Positions 42,000 through 56,122 of a DNA stretch of 64,000 nucleotides are shown here, one piece after another. This DNA is from Octopus vulgaris (taxonomy: Eukaryota). Location: assembly GCA_951406725.2 (NCBI GenBank), contig OX597814.1:93372001-93436000 (forward strand). The letters run 5' to 3'. The notes under the pieces were generated by a model that worked only from the letters and a program-made list of their open reading frames with translations, did no database searches and had not been told where the DNA came from. Position 1 is the stretch's first letter. Each line of letters begins with the position of its first letter. The translations under genes were made by a program, and so were the position numbers.

Positions 42000-42069
42000 T
42001 TGTGTGTGTGTGTGTGTGTGTATGTGTGTGTGTGTGTGTGTATGTGTGTGTGTGTGTGTGTATGTGTGT

Positions 42070-42480
42070 GCCGAAGGCTTTTCCGTTCTTCCTGAGTGTC
42101 AAACTAATACACCCTGCTTGTTTCCTGACTTCAACATATGCATGAAGCTGTTGCGGCATTTTCACCAAAAGTATCATCGAAAAATTTGCACAATTCTTAG
42201 AAAGACAGAAAAAAATACTCGTATGTGCGTGACGTTCAGGTCTTGGAGTTAACGAATGCTGTAAGCGCAGAAGCTCTCTTGCGACGTAATAAGTTGAGGA
42301 GAGCAGGCTACGCAGATGGTATGGAAGATGAGCGAGTCTATACTTTAGAGAATAATGTTCCTGAAAAAAAAAAAGTCTTCCTTAAAACCCAAAAAACTGC
42401 CTGAAATCTGATAAGCATTAAAGTAATATTCTGCGGAAAGCATTATTACAGTTGATGAGGAAAAAAATTGTACAGGATGC
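42070..42480 (+). mobile_element. Old RTE-type LINE fragment
   Basis: MKLLRHFHQKYHRKI and VQVLELTNAVSAEALLRRNKLRRAGYADGMEDER resemble RTE LERFHQRCLR...EVL.RA...S.EA.L...LRWAGHV.RM.D.R. Confidence 0.55.
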
Positions 42481-42904
42481 GTTCACACATTTTGATGAGA
42501 ATCGTATTAATTATGCAAAATTAAAACGAATAACCGACATAAAAACTCCGTAGATATCAATGAGATCTTTAAACGTTCATCATGGCCCCTAGTTTTTCTG
42601 TATAACACTGGTGCTTTTAGTCCCCGTGGATACATGAAACATAGCAAGCTTAGGATAAATTTTCGTTACCTGAGTGAACCATATGTCTGTCAATCATGCA
42701 AATAGTGTTGTTTTTCGATATATATTGCTTGTCTGAAAAGATAAATCTTTTCAAAATGCCAAATGTCACGAGGCTACTTTTCTCTGAGAAGAGTTATAAA
42801 TGTGATAGTCATGTAAAAGCTGCAGATCATAAGCTGGGTTAAAAAGTCATCTTTACTTTGGATGCTCATTAGCGAGCAATGGTTGCATTCATTTTTGACA
42901 AACG

Positions 42905-43105
42905 TATATATCATATGTATGTATGTTATGTATGTATGTTTATTATGTATGTATGTGTGTGTGTCTTTGTATGTGCGTGTGTGTATGCATGATTGTGTGT
43001 ACATAGGAATGTATGTGTATGCGTGCATGTATGTTTGCATGAATGTATGCTTGTATGTATGTATGTATGTATGTATGTATGTATGTATGTATGTATGTAT
43101 GTGTG

Positions 43106-43137
<32 letters not shown>

Positions 43138-43205
43138 TGTATGTATGTATGTATGTATGTATGTGTGTGTGTGTGTGTATGTGTGTATGTATGTATGTAT
43201 GTGTG

Positions 43206-43237
<32 letters not shown>

Positions 43238-43395
43238 TGTATGTATGTATGTATGTATGTATGTGTGTGTGTGTGTGTATGTGTGTATGTATGTATGTAT
43301 GTATGTATGTATGTATGTATGTATGTATGTGTATATGTATGTATGTATATATGTATGTATGTATGTATGTGTATATATATACATACATATATATG
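42905..43395. repeat. (ATGT)n/(GT)n array
   Basis: Directly visible. Confidence 0.9.
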
Positions 43396-43522
43396 AATAA
43401 AAGTTTAGAAGCCACGAGAGAACGTGAAATAATTATGCTTTATCGTTTTAACTCGATGTACAAAATCTATACATAATAGCGTCGGGCAGCTTTCGACCTT
43501 TTCTTTTCAAAGCATATTTTAA

Positions 43523-43558
<36 letters not shown>

Positions 43559-43961
43559 CAGGAATGTATATTCTGAGCGTGATATCTAAGCGTTCCTCCA
43601 CTTATCAAAGATGGTAAATTCATGTTATTCAGTAATATAATTTTTGTGTCTTTATTCTGTGGCGCTTGTTGTAAAATAGAACACTCCACGCGCCACACTC
43701 TACAACCTGCTGCGTCATGATATGGCCCCTGGCTGATGACAGAATAATGGGATAGTGACAAAAATATGGACTTAAAGCGGAGCGACATTCGATCAGTACA
43801 AATCCACTGTTCGTTTCCGAGTTGTGGAGTTGTATGAATAATTTCGATGAAAATTCATTAACGGGAAATTGATTTCCTTTCTTTATAATTTTATTGTTGC
43901 GCTGTGATTATTTATAGACTGATTCTAATTTGTTTTCAAATGTAGTAATAAACACTCAAAA

Positions 43962-44000
<39 letters not shown>

Positions 44001-44059
44001 ACAAATAAATAAAACGAAGGTTAAATCAATTCGAAGCCGTACTATGTATAGAAATAGTA

Positions 44060-44306
44060 GAGGCGCGTGGCTTAGTGTTTATGGGTGTTAGATGATTATT
44101 AGATTGTAGTTTCGATTCCTGGACCGGGCGACGCGTTGTGTTCTTGAGCAAAACATTTCATTTCACGTTACTTCAGTCCACTCAGCTCAGAAAAATGTGT
44201 AATCCTGCAACGGACCGGCGTCTTGTCCAGGCGAGGAATTTATACGGTATGGAAACCGGGAAACCGGCCCTTAGGAGAATATAACTCGAGAATATAACTT
44301 TACTTT
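44060..44306 (+). mobile_element. SINE family C (tail type 4, V-domain-like)
   Basis: C head and core, then cctgcaacggaccggcgtcttgtccagg...gaaaccgggaaaccggccc. Confidence 0.7.
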
Positions 44307-44501
44307 AGAAGGTATGTATATTAATAGCTTAAAGTATAATTGAATTGTACTTAAATTGAATTGTAGGCTCAGGGCGATAACATTGGGTCACATCCTCCAG
44401 CAATAACTACCATGCTATCCATCTATCTGAGAACTTATCCATTTATGGTCATTTACCAGGCAGATCGGCAAATAGAAACGATAAAATAAGTAGTTTTATT
44501 C

Positions 44502-44582
<81 letters not shown>

Positions 44583-45566
44583 CACACATATATACACACA
44601 CACATATACATACATACATACATACATACATACATACATAAATGTTTTTTTTTATGCGATAGACTAAAACTTCGAAGATTTTTGACTGAAACCAATATAG
44701 AAATTAAATATACACATTTATTGCCAAATAGCAAATTTGGGAGAAGGTTTCGTTTCTCAAATAAAACTTGATTGAGACTGCTTATTAATACCCGTAGGAA
44801 TTATGCGAACTTCTAAATTGCCATTTCTTGGAGTTTTGTACTTTGGTTCCCTTTCTCCCCACCTTCAAAAACAAAAACCTCAAAATCAAAGGGAGAAAAA
44901 CCATAAACTTTTGAAAGGCATGGATGCACCATAGTTTTATTTTTCCAATTTAATGTACGAAGGACTATGTGCCTATTTTACGATAACACCAATATCGTTG
45001 CTTTGCCGCACACAAACTATGCTTAATACATACAGTTGCACAAATGCAGACGATCGCTTATTCTCACGCATGTGCAAACCGGCATACGTACGCAGATGAT
45101 AGTCAGAAAAAACATATACTACTGTTTTAGTTGTGTACCTCAATACAGTTCTGATGAAGTACACCTCAATTCAAAGGCATTCTAGCAGTGACCATCTCAT
45201 CAATATAGATAGTTTGCCTTAGACTCTATTATCCAATTTGGTCTTCCATTCTTCTAAGGACAGTAATTTGTGATTTGAGGGAAATTCGCATGATAATATT
45301 AGCTGGTCAAGGGGAAGCGTAGATATGCAGTTGTACAGCTAAGATTGACAGATAGATAGACAGATGTAGAGTTCAGTAGACACACTGACACAGTGATCAA
45401 CAATGAGAAAGACTGGGTGAGATAGGTTGGCACCCACACAAGTAAACATATTTTTGATTGTTTCTACGTGCTTAGATATGTATTTATACTTGTTTGCATA
45501 CACGTCTGTGTATACGTTCGTGTGTGTATATACATGAATGCACGTATGCATACATTCCTAAATATA

Positions 45567-46150
45567 GGCGTAGCTGTGTGGTAAGAAGCTTGCTTTCCAA
45601 CTGCATGGTTCCGAGTTCAGTTCCAATGCGTGGTACCTTGGACAAGTGTTTTCTGCTATAGCCATGAGCCGACCAAAGCCTTGTGAGTAGATTTGGTAGA
45701 TGAAAACTGAAAGAAGCCTGTCGTGTATATATATCTGACTGTGTGTGACTTTGAGCTTGTGTTTATCTCCCACCCCACTCACTGCTTCACAACCGGTGTT
45801 GGCGTGTTTACGTTTCCGTAATTTAGCGGTTCAGAAAAAAGAAACTGATAGAATAAGTACCGGGCTTAACAAAATAAGTACTGGAGTCAATTCCCTCGAC
45901 TAAATATTCTTCAAAATGGTGCCCCAGCATGGCCGCAGTCGAATGACTGAAGTAAAAGATAAAAGATAATGTATATATATATATATTCTTTTATTTATTT
46001 CAGTCATTTGACTGCTGCCATGCTGGAGCACCGCCTTCAGTCGAACAAATCCCGAAGACTTATTTGGCTGAACCGCTAAGTTACGGGGACATAAACACAT
46101 CAACATCGGTTGTCAAGCGACGATGGGAGGGGGACAAACACAGACACACA
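45567..46150. mobile_element. SINE A (+, 45567-45969) and a tail-to-tail SINE-A 3' half (-, 45986-46150)
   Basis: Family A sequence in both orientations. Confidence 0.85.
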
Positions 46151-46240
46151 AACATATACATATACATACAAAGATACATACATACATACATACATACATA
46201 AATACATGTACATATATATGTATGTATATATGTATATATA

Positions 46241-46422
<182 letters not shown>

Positions 46423-46429
46423 ATATATA

Positions 46430-46598
46430 TAATACAATACAAAATGGGGCAAGAACGCAAAACATCCGGACAACTAGGTGATACAAAAAAGGACAACAAA
46501 ACATCCAGATAGACTATACAAAAAAACAACAACGACGGGTCATTCGAAGCTTTCTATCCTCAGTCAAGAACCAGATCATACTTTCGGCCGATTAATAT

Positions 46599-46645
<47 letters not shown>

Positions 46646-46860
46646 ATCTATTGATACACACAAAGATACATGCATACATGTACATATATACATACATACA
46701 TACATACGTACATATATATACCTACACATATATATATCTACATATATATATATATATATATATATAAGAATGAATGTTTTTATATATAATGAACGTGAAA
46801 TACAGGAAGGGACGAACACGGAACACAGACAAATCATTCGAAGCCTTCAATCTTCAGTCT
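46430..46860. repeat. Two related short inserts within (TA)n, possibly Penelope-like ends
   Basis: Shared tcattcgaagc.ttc.atc.tcagtc at about 46540 and 46833, with similar upstream sequence. Confidence 0.45.
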
Positions 46861-46904
<44 letters not shown>

Positions 46905-47149
46905 GTATATAGATATAAAGCTGTTTTTATAACGAGCAAGAGGAAAATTAGTCAATAGAGTGTAATTATATATATTCATCCGAGACCTCCTACCGTTACT
47001 TTAAGTTTCACGAATGCTTGAGTGTTTAGGATCAATCAGACGGCCATGTTGGATATAACAGACTGACAGACTGACTGTCTTCCAGCATGGCCGTTCATTT
47101 GATCAATCATTCACTAAAATTTAAAGTAGCGACAGAAGGAATCAGCTGA

Positions 47150-47237
<88 letters not shown>

Positions 47238-47240
47238 GTG

Positions 47241-47386
<146 letters not shown>

Positions 47387-47601
47387 ATTCATCCATCCAT
47401 CCGTTCGCCCTTCCGTCCGTCTGTTCGACAGTCCGTTTGTCTGTCTGTCTTGTCTATTTCTTACTCTTCTTTCTCTCGCTCTTTATTTACATATATACTC
47501 ATACATACAAACACACACACACATATACAAAGATATGTGCGAAACCCATGTATATATACTACCAAACTGCCTGCCTATATATATATGTGTGTGAGTGTGT
47601 G

Positions 47602-47643
<42 letters not shown>

Positions 47644-47746
47644 TACAGTGGGGTAGCTTCATTGGAAGGCTAAAACAATGCGAAGCGCATTGTGACCAGC
47701 GATGTGTGGCAACATCTGATAGCCTGGTTAGTCATGTGATCATGTG

Positions 47747-47784
<38 letters not shown>

Positions 47785-48104
47785 GGCGAGAGATGTGTGC
47801 GTATGTATGTTATTTGTGTATGTATGTATGTATGTATGTATGTATGTATGTATGTATTTATATACGTAGGCATATTCGGATATATGAACAGCTAGCTAGA
47901 TAGATGGATGCATGGATCGACAAACGTATAGATGCAGAAGTTGACTGCGAGAACAAGTATATAATATTCCATAACGATGGGCATATAATAGATCATAACG
48001 GGGATATCATAACGAGGACGTTGGTGTGTCGGGTAGAAAGATGGACTGACACAACGAAGAAAGTAGTAGCAAACAAAAAAATGCGATATATCACGATCGT
48101 TCGA

Positions 48105-48335
48105 CTATGCTAGAAATAGCAGCCAAATTTTCCGCAAGTCACACGCCGTACAGTTTTAAAAGAGAAGGAAACACTGGATAATGTAATCGCAGTATGTATA
48201 ATACTACTATATACTTAAGTCATCAACCAAGAGAGTTTCTATGCAGCCGATCGATGCTACTAGAAAAAGCTGGCAAATCTTCAAAATCCCGCGATATCGT
48301 CTTAAAAAGGGCAATACATAGATGATGATGTAATG
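48105..48335 (+). repeat. Old dispersed repeat 'E'
   Basis: gctagaaatagcagccaaat...tcacac..tac.gt.ttaaaa motif; diverged copies near 25755, 45180-45320(-), 54300-54470(-), 58350-58500(-) and 62320. Confidence 0.5.
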
Positions 48336-48664
48336 TTAAATGCTATACATGTTACTGATTTAAGTACGAGATCAACAATTTTTAAAGAAAAAGGATTGTC
48401 GGTAGGATCGATCCCAGTGCCTGACTGTTACTTTGTTTTACCAACTCTGGAGGAATGAAAGGCAAAGTTGACCTCGGCTGAGTTGGAACTTAGAGCGTAA
48501 TGAGTTGGAAGATATACTGGAAGGCATTTTGCAATGCTTTAGCGATTCTGCTAGCTAGCCGCTTTATTGCTAGATACTAAATGTAATGCTACTGTAGTAC
48601 TAGATACATACAGTCGCTTGGCCCCGCAAGATATAGCAACCGAATACCCTTTAGTATATATATA

Positions 48665-48852
48665 TTGCTTTAGTTGTTAGACTGTGGTTATGCTGGAGCA
48701 CTGCTTTGAAGAATTTTAGTTGAACGAATCTACCCCAGTACTTTGTTTAAGCCCTGTACTTCTTTTTTTTATCGGTCTATTTTGCCGAACTGCTAACACA
48801 CCAACACCTGTTGTCAAGCGGTGATGGGGAACAAATCCAATCACACATGCAC

Positions 48853-48929
<77 letters not shown>

Positions 48930-48983
48930 GTGTGCATGTGTGTGTGTATGTAAATATATACATATATATACATACATATATAT

Positions 48984-49037
<54 letters not shown>

Positions 49038-49195
49038 GGGCTTTTCCAGCTTTTTTCTGTCAAATCCACTCACAAGGGTTTGGTTGCCCTGAGGCTATAG
49101 TAAAAAGTATTTGTCCGAGGTGCCACGTAGTGGAACTGATCCCGGAACCATGTTGTTGTGAAGGAAATTTATCACCACACACCTACGCCTGCACA
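48665..49195 (-). mobile_element. SINE family A with an expanded internal microsatellite
   Basis: Family A head at about 49050-49195 and tail at about 48665-48845. Confidence 0.75.
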
Positions 49196-49317
49196 CATAC
49201 GCGCCTACTCCTCCCCCGAAAAGGTTATGGATGAAATGCCTTCGATTAGGCGTCGGTTCCATTAGGGATGATTTTAGGACTAAGGAACAGCTGCTGCTAC
49301 TACTAATGCTGCTGCTG

Positions 49318-49378
<61 letters not shown>

Positions 49379-49659
49379 AAAAACAGCGCTGCATAAGTAT
49401 ATATGCACTGGTTTTTATAGTGATACAACGCAGGGTCGGTTTTGCTTGACGTGGGAGGACACTACGACACTTCGGTTGGCAACCTGTTTGTTGGCTGATT
49501 TAGCCTGTTGTCACACTTTTCAACCATTCACATGGCATATATAAAAGATATACGAAATCATATGACGGCATTCATAGAATTATTTTGAAGAAGGTATTTA
49601 GTTTTCACAAACCCGAAGATAAAACTAAGATTATGAGGGAAGCTAAAAACGATTGAGTG

Positions 49660-51018
49660 TAATTAGCTGTCACTCATATTAAGCGTTTATTCACTCAAAA
49701 TCATCATATCACTCACATTAATGGTCACTCAATTTAGTTTTTATTCACACAAAATCATTATATCACTCATATTAATTGTCACTCAATTTAATATTTATTC
49801 GCTCTAAATCATTATATCACTCATATTAATTGTCACTCAATTTAGTTTTTATTCGCTCTAAATCATTATATCACTCATATTAATTGCCACTCAATTTAGT
49901 TTTTATTCGCACAAAATCATTATATCAGTCATATTAATTGTCACTTGATTTAGTATTTATTCGCTCAAAATCATTATATCATTCATATTAATTGTCACTC
50001 AATTTAGTATTTATTCGCTCAAAATCATTATATCACTCATATTAATTGTCACTCACTTTAGTATTTATTCGCTCAAAATCATTATATCACTCACATTAAG
50101 GCGGCGAGCTGGCAGACACGTTAGCATACTGGGCGAAATGCTTAGAGGTATTTCGTCTGTCTTCATGTTCTGAGTTCAAATTCTGCCGAGGTCGACTTTG
50201 CCTTTCATCCTTTCGAGGTCGATAAATTAAGTACCAGTTGCGAACTGGGGTAGAGCTAATCGATTGCCTGCCCCCCTCCCCCAACATTTCGGGCCTTGTG
50301 CCTAGAGTAGAAAAGTAGAAAAGGCGGTGAGCTTGCAGAATACTTTACCGTACCGGACAAAATGCTTAGAAACATTTCTTCCGTCTTTACGTTCTGAGTT
50401 CAAACTACACTGAAGTCAATTCTGCCTTTCATCCTTTCTGGGGTGATGAAATAAGTTCCAGTTGAGCACTGGGATCGAGGTAGTCAAGGTAAAACAAACT
50501 TCAGGCCTTGTCACTATAGTCCTCATATAACTTGTAACTCATTTTAGTGACAAATAATATATTACTCACATTAATTATATCAATCACTTTAATTGTCACT
50601 CAGTTCAGTATTTATTCATTCAAAGTCATTATATCACTTACATTAAGGCGGCAGAATTGTTAGCATGCCGGACGAAGAGCTGCTAAGCATTCCTTCCATC
50701 TTCATGTTCTGGGTTCAAATTCCGCCGAGGTCGACTTTGCTTTTCATCCTTTCGTAGTCGATAAAATAAGCAAGAGTTAGTACTGGGGTCGATATAATTA
50801 ACACATCTCTCGCCCGAAATTGCTGGCCTTCTACCAAAATTTGAAATCATTATATCACTCAAATTAGTTGTCGCTCATTTTTGTTTATTCACTCAAAATC
50901 GTTATATCACTCACATTAGTTGCCATTCATTTAGTGTTTATTCACTCAAAATCATTATATCACTCGAATTACTTGTCACTCATTTAAGTGCTTACTCGAA
51001 ATCATTATATCTCTCATC
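49660..51018. repeat. 54-bp minisatellite interrupted by three SINE-B copies (50098-50313, 50322-50520, 50645-50850)
   Basis: Unit attaattgtcactcaatttagtatttattcgctcaaaatcattatatcactcat; starts at 49771 and 49825 give a 54-bp period. Confidence 0.9.
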
Positions 51019-51169
51019 TATCTTGGGCACTACCTTTTCTAGGTTATTTACAAAAGCCTACAAGGACATTTTATGGCCCACCAAATAGAAACATGTTTCT
51101 AGTTGCATTATACAACAATACAGTAGGACATAAATATTTTGAATTTAGAAGTTTAATCATATATTAATA

Positions 51170-51810
51170 GTTTCAAATTTTGACACAAAGCCAATAATTT
51201 TAGTGGGAAGAGATTAGTGGATTACATCGGTACCAGTGCTCAATTGGTACTTATATTATCAACTCAGAAATGATGCAAAGCAAACTCGACCTCGGCGGAA
51301 TTTGAACTCAGAACGTAACAAGTCGAAATAAATACTGCAAGGCATTTTGACCGACTCTCTAGTGATTGTGCCTACTCGCCGCCTAACTAATATGGTTTCA
51401 AATTTTGTCACAAGGGCAGCAATTTCGGTGGAGGGGATAAGTCGCTTACATCGATCCCAGTGTTTCACTGGTACTTAATTTATCGACCCCGAAAGGTAAA
51501 GTCGACCTCGGCGGAGTTTGAACTCAGAATGTAAAAAAAATCCTGACAAAATACCGCTAGGAATTTTGCCCGGTGAGCTAACGATTCTGCCAACTTGGCA
51601 AGATTTCATAGTTGTTTCAGATTTTGGCTCAACGCCATAAATTTTGAGGAGAGGAAGTTAGTAGACTGCATAGACCCCACTACTCAACTGATACTTATTT
51701 TATCGACCCAGAAAGAATGAAAGGCAAAGTCGACCTCAGCGGAATTTGAACTCAGAACGTAATGAATGAGCCGAAAGGTATACAACTAGACATTTTGACC
51801 GATGCTCTAA
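51170..51810 (-). mobile_element. Three tandem SINE family B copies (tail type 3)
   Basis: gtttca.attttg at about 51170, 51395 and 51614, each followed by a B body. Confidence 0.85.
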
Positions 51811-52162
51811 ATATATATTCTATAAGATACATATAAATTTAATACTGAAAAGGCGCATGGCCTCGAGGTTAATCAAAATGGGACCCAGTCATATGATTGA
51901 GAGTTTCGATTCCAAGACCGGATTGAGGGCGCACTTTACTTCACTTGTCCTGCAAAAATGAGATTTAAGGCAAAGTGCCCGGTTAGCATCAAGTCAGCGC
52001 AGAAGTGCAAACGAGTTAAAACCACGAACAAAGGTCTTCAGGCAAGAAAAAGAAAAAGAAAAAAAAAACGTTCCTTCGGGTTACTGGTTTACTACGGTTT
52101 CTTTTTTTTTTTTTCTAAAATACAATTCACTGTAGAGTCTGAAGTCATTTATCTTCCAGATA

Positions 52163-52227
<65 letters not shown>

Positions 52228-52732
52228 CCTGCCCGCCCACCTCACTCAACTATGTCGCAAAAGTTAGCAAATGTTTTAAGAATGGATGCGTACAACTTTT
52301 CATAACAGCAAGGCTTACCCGATCATTATTTACATAGTTCTCTATGGTATATGCACAATACATTTCCTGCAAAACTCTCCATCTGGACCTCATCATGCAT
52401 CACTGATCTAGGGACTGATAATTACTATAGTTATCATTTAAAAGTTACTATGGTAAGATATCCATCCTCGTTTATCACTGACTCATCCATCACCAATCCT
52501 GAATAACACGGTACGCTCAGTTGTGAACCATGTTACGCTTATCACGAATTCATCTGTGATAACACGGAAAGTGTAATTGTTATGATATATTTCAATTATA
52601 ATTTTATTATTATTTACTGGTATATGTTATTAAAGTTTACCTTAAATATTATTCCAAACATGAAACAATATCATTATATCATTATGAAACAGTATCACTA
52701 CCGTTATCATTATGTGTTTAAAAACTGTTTGG

Positions 52733-53145
52733 GGATCTTTTCGGTTTGAACGGCAGTTTTTTTCTAGCGGTGTCATATAAAATTGTCACCCATAATTATG
52801 ACCCTAGTATCGATCTATTGCATTTCAGTTAGGGTTAGGGTTAGGGGTGGGGAAAGGGTATCTTTTTTTCTTCAGAATGTAAATAAACCCAATCTGTTTC
52901 TTAAACGAGGGACATATTCATACGGCACATAATGTTTTCATCTCAATAGACGTCATTGATTGGTTGAAATTGAAGAAATCAAAGAAAAAAAACCCAACAA
53001 ATATCTTACAAACTATAGAATTTTCTCAATAAAGCCAAGAGAAAAAGATGTTTTATAAACACATTCTACCAGTATACGAAGTTTAAAAGTATTTAAGTTA
53101 CGTGGAAATTATTTTAAAAAACTGCCGTTCAAACCGAAAAGATCC
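52733..53145. mobile_element. Young MITE (413 bp) with perfect TIRs and an 8-bp TSD
   Basis: ggatcttttcggtttgaacggcagttttt / aaaaactgccgttcaaaccgaaaagatcc; ctgtttgg on both sides (alternatively GGG ends with 6-bp tgtttg); internal (TTAGGG)3. Confidence 0.9.
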
Positions 53146-53588
53146 CTGTTTGGAGGTTTACAGCTTGAGGGTCTCGTAGCAAAACTTATTTTCTCCATGT
53201 GTTCTATTATTCATTTATCGCTAATTCATTTCACACAATTTTTGTTTTTAACCAAACGGCCGTAATAACGAGGACAAATGTGCTATAGTTACCTGGAGAG
53301 ATATATTGATAATATTGAAACATGTCTATTGTGTCATCGTATAAGTCAAAGATCACTCTCACTGCTTATTGCATGTTCCTATTCATCTTTTAATTAATTT
53401 TCATTTTAATGATGAAGTTTTCTCTCCTGAGACATTTTATCAAAATTAATCATTAAGCTAATAATGTCCTCATATTTTCACCACTGGTGCAATTATAGTT
53501 AATCAATTTTTTAACTGTCAGTTAAGTACGTTAGTACTGACTGGGTAGCAGTATATTACAGGTAATCATTGTCTACAGTTCTCACAGA

Positions 53589-53692
53589 ACAGGCCATATC
53601 ACGTTGAAAGCATCGATTTTCGGCCGATCACCGAAGTTAAGCAACGTTGCACCTTAGATGGGTAAACGCTTGGGAAACCTATATGCTGAGAG
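53589..53692 (+). pseudogene. 5S rRNA pseudogene
   Basis: ggccatatcacgttgaaagcatcgattttcggccgatcaccgaagttaagcaacgt...gatgggtaaacgcttgggaa follows the animal 5S consensus, with a deletion between boxes A and C; T4 run at about 53700. Confidence 0.8.
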
Positions 53693-53707
53693 TATCCTCT
53701 TTTGTAT

Positions 53708-54125
53708 AGGCCTAGGTATGGCTGTGTAATTAAGTAGTTTGCTTTGCAGCCACTTGGTTTCGGGTTCAAACAAGTGCGTGGTACCCTGGGCAAGTGTTTC
53801 CTGCTATAGCCTCGGACCGACCAATGTCTTGTGAGGAAAATTTGGCAGACGGAAACTGTGTTGAAGCCCGTCTCTCTCACTCCCTCTCTTTCACATTCAC
53901 ACCCACATCCACGCACACATAAATGTTTGTGTATGCCTTGTGTTTTTACCCCACTACTTAGCAACCGGTATCGGTGTGCTTACGTCCCAGTAACTTAGTG
54001 GTTCCTCAAAAGAGACCTGTAGAATAACTGCTAGACTTTAAAAATAAATACTGAGATCGATTTGCTTGACTAAACCCTTCAAAGCAGTGCCCCAGCATGA
54101 CCGTAGTCCAACGACTGAAACAAGC
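53708..54125 (+). mobile_element. SINE family A, diverged
   Basis: Colinear with the family A copies. Confidence 0.8.
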
Positions 54126-54507
54126 GTTAGGCAAAAAATAAAAAGTAAAACGGTAACTCTAAATTATTGATTAATGATTATCATTACTTAAAAGTATAGT
54201 TCCTGCTTATTCGGACCTTCCTTGTGTTTAATATTAACAATAGAATTATTATTGTTAATATTTAATCACAAGGAAGATTTGAATAAGCAGATTTATGACC
54301 AAAGGCAGTTCAGCCATGAGAGGCCTAGTGTTTATGTAGACATTCTATAAAGAATCACACATTCCAATGGGACCAACTTTTTGCAAGAGGGTAGGGAATG
54401 ATTTCAGGTAGCTTTGTGGCTATTTCTAGCAATCGAATGACCACAGAGGGGCTTCTTAGGTTGGCAGTCATTTTCACTGAATGTGTGTGTGTGTGTGTGT
54501 GTGTGTG

Positions 54508-54546
<39 letters not shown>

Positions 54547-54944
54547 TGAGAGAGAGAAACAGAGAGATAGAGATAGATAGATAGATAGACAGAGAGAGAG
54601 AGGGAGAGAGAGAGAGAGAGAGCAGTATGGACGAAAGGTTAAGAATTTCGATTCTTCGGTTACGGGTTCAAGCCCCCCGTATCGCATTGTTGATAACATG
54701 TCATTTTCTATAGATTTCTGAATGAAATTTGGCAGAAGCCTGTCAAGTGGATTGTACATTAATATTCGAAAGATACAACCTTAATACACACTGTGTTAAG
54801 GGTACAAGGGCCTGTGGAATGCTGAGCTTCTTGCAATTTAATTAAGGAGCGGGTAATTTAGTTGATCGTAAAATTGAATTTTGATCGTCGAATGACAGGG
54901 ACCCACCACCATATGTATGTATGCATGTATGATACATATCTGCT

Positions 54945-55034
<90 letters not shown>

Positions 55035-55042
55035 ATATATAT

Positions 55043-55074
<32 letters not shown>

Positions 55075-55130
55075 ATGCATATATATGGTGGTGTCCAGGA
55101 TGAAAGAATACAGGAATACGAACGAGCATA

Positions 55131-55184
<54 letters not shown>

Positions 55185-55192
55185 AATGATGC

Positions 55193-55395
55193 TTTCAAGT
55201 TTTGGCACCAAGGCCACCAATTTCGTTGAAAGGATAGGTTGATTACATTGACCCCAAAGCTCAACTGGTACTTATTTTATCGACCTCCGAAAGGCAAAGT
55301 CAGCCTCGGCAGAAATTGAATTCAGAACGTAAAGACGCAACGGAAGCTGTTAAGCATTTGGCCCAGCGTGCTAACTATTCGACCAACTTGCCAAT
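55193..55395 (-). mobile_element. SINE family B
   Basis: B body in reverse. Confidence 0.8.
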
Positions 55396-55404
55396 TATGT
55401 ACGT

Positions 55405-55860
55405 GTAAAGGATGGGTTGCAGCAAATATTATGCTGAATGCCACGGATTTCCTCGTCAGATGCTTGATCGTAACCGGTTGAGCATGTCCATTAGTGGCTG
55501 GCTGTATATGTGCATCACTGATGAAGAGCAGCATATGGCATCATAGCCATATGTTGTGAGAAATTCTTTGGGGTTTCAATGATTCATCCTTGGAAACACG
55601 GATGTTTCGTTCAATGTCTTTGAACAGCCCTTATTCAGTGACCTTCTGAGCGAGATGGGCTACTCTATCTGAAGAAAATTCTAACTACAACCTCCTGTAA
55701 AGTCATGCGCTGTTTATCTCGATACGAGATCTTCATGTCGCGCACATATGGTTGTGGTGCCTGGTGTACCCTTATCTGATGGGTAGTCATGATGGGTGTA
55801 CTGGGCTTCGTATACTTGCACCCTAGTGTCACTTTGACGACATGCGCTGCTTTCTCACTC
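55405..55860 (+). mobile_element. Third, older, left-truncated copy of element D
   Basis: Aligns with about 27093-27557; same ctcactc end followed by a trinucleotide array. Confidence 0.75.
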
Positions 55861-55879
55861 AATGCTGCTGCTGCTGCTG

Positions 55880-55968
<89 letters not shown>

Positions 55969-56046
55969 TACAACAACAACAAAAACAACAACAACAACAA
56001 CAGCAAGGCTAGTAATTTCGAGGATCTGATACAGCTAAGCAACGCG

Positions 56047-56086
<40 letters not shown>

Positions 56087-56090
56087 CACG

Positions 56091-56120
<30 letters not shown>

Positions 56121-56122
<2 letters not shown>

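Noticed and set aside
42774-43476. Long ORFs made of YI/CV/HT/LSIY repeats here and throughout the track
   Set aside because: They are translations of stop-free microsatellites, open in several frames and on both strands.
46535-46575. CUGAGGA-UA-GAAAGCUUC on the minus strand (similar at about 46835-46858)
   Set aside because: No stem II, no convincing stem I, and the second copy lacks GAAA.
49660-50098. Regular array resembling CRISPR
   Set aside because: Contiguous 54-bp units with no unique spacers, no cas genes, eukaryotic context.
52829-52848. (TTAGGG)3 as a telomere or fusion relic
   Set aside because: Only three units, inside a TIR element.
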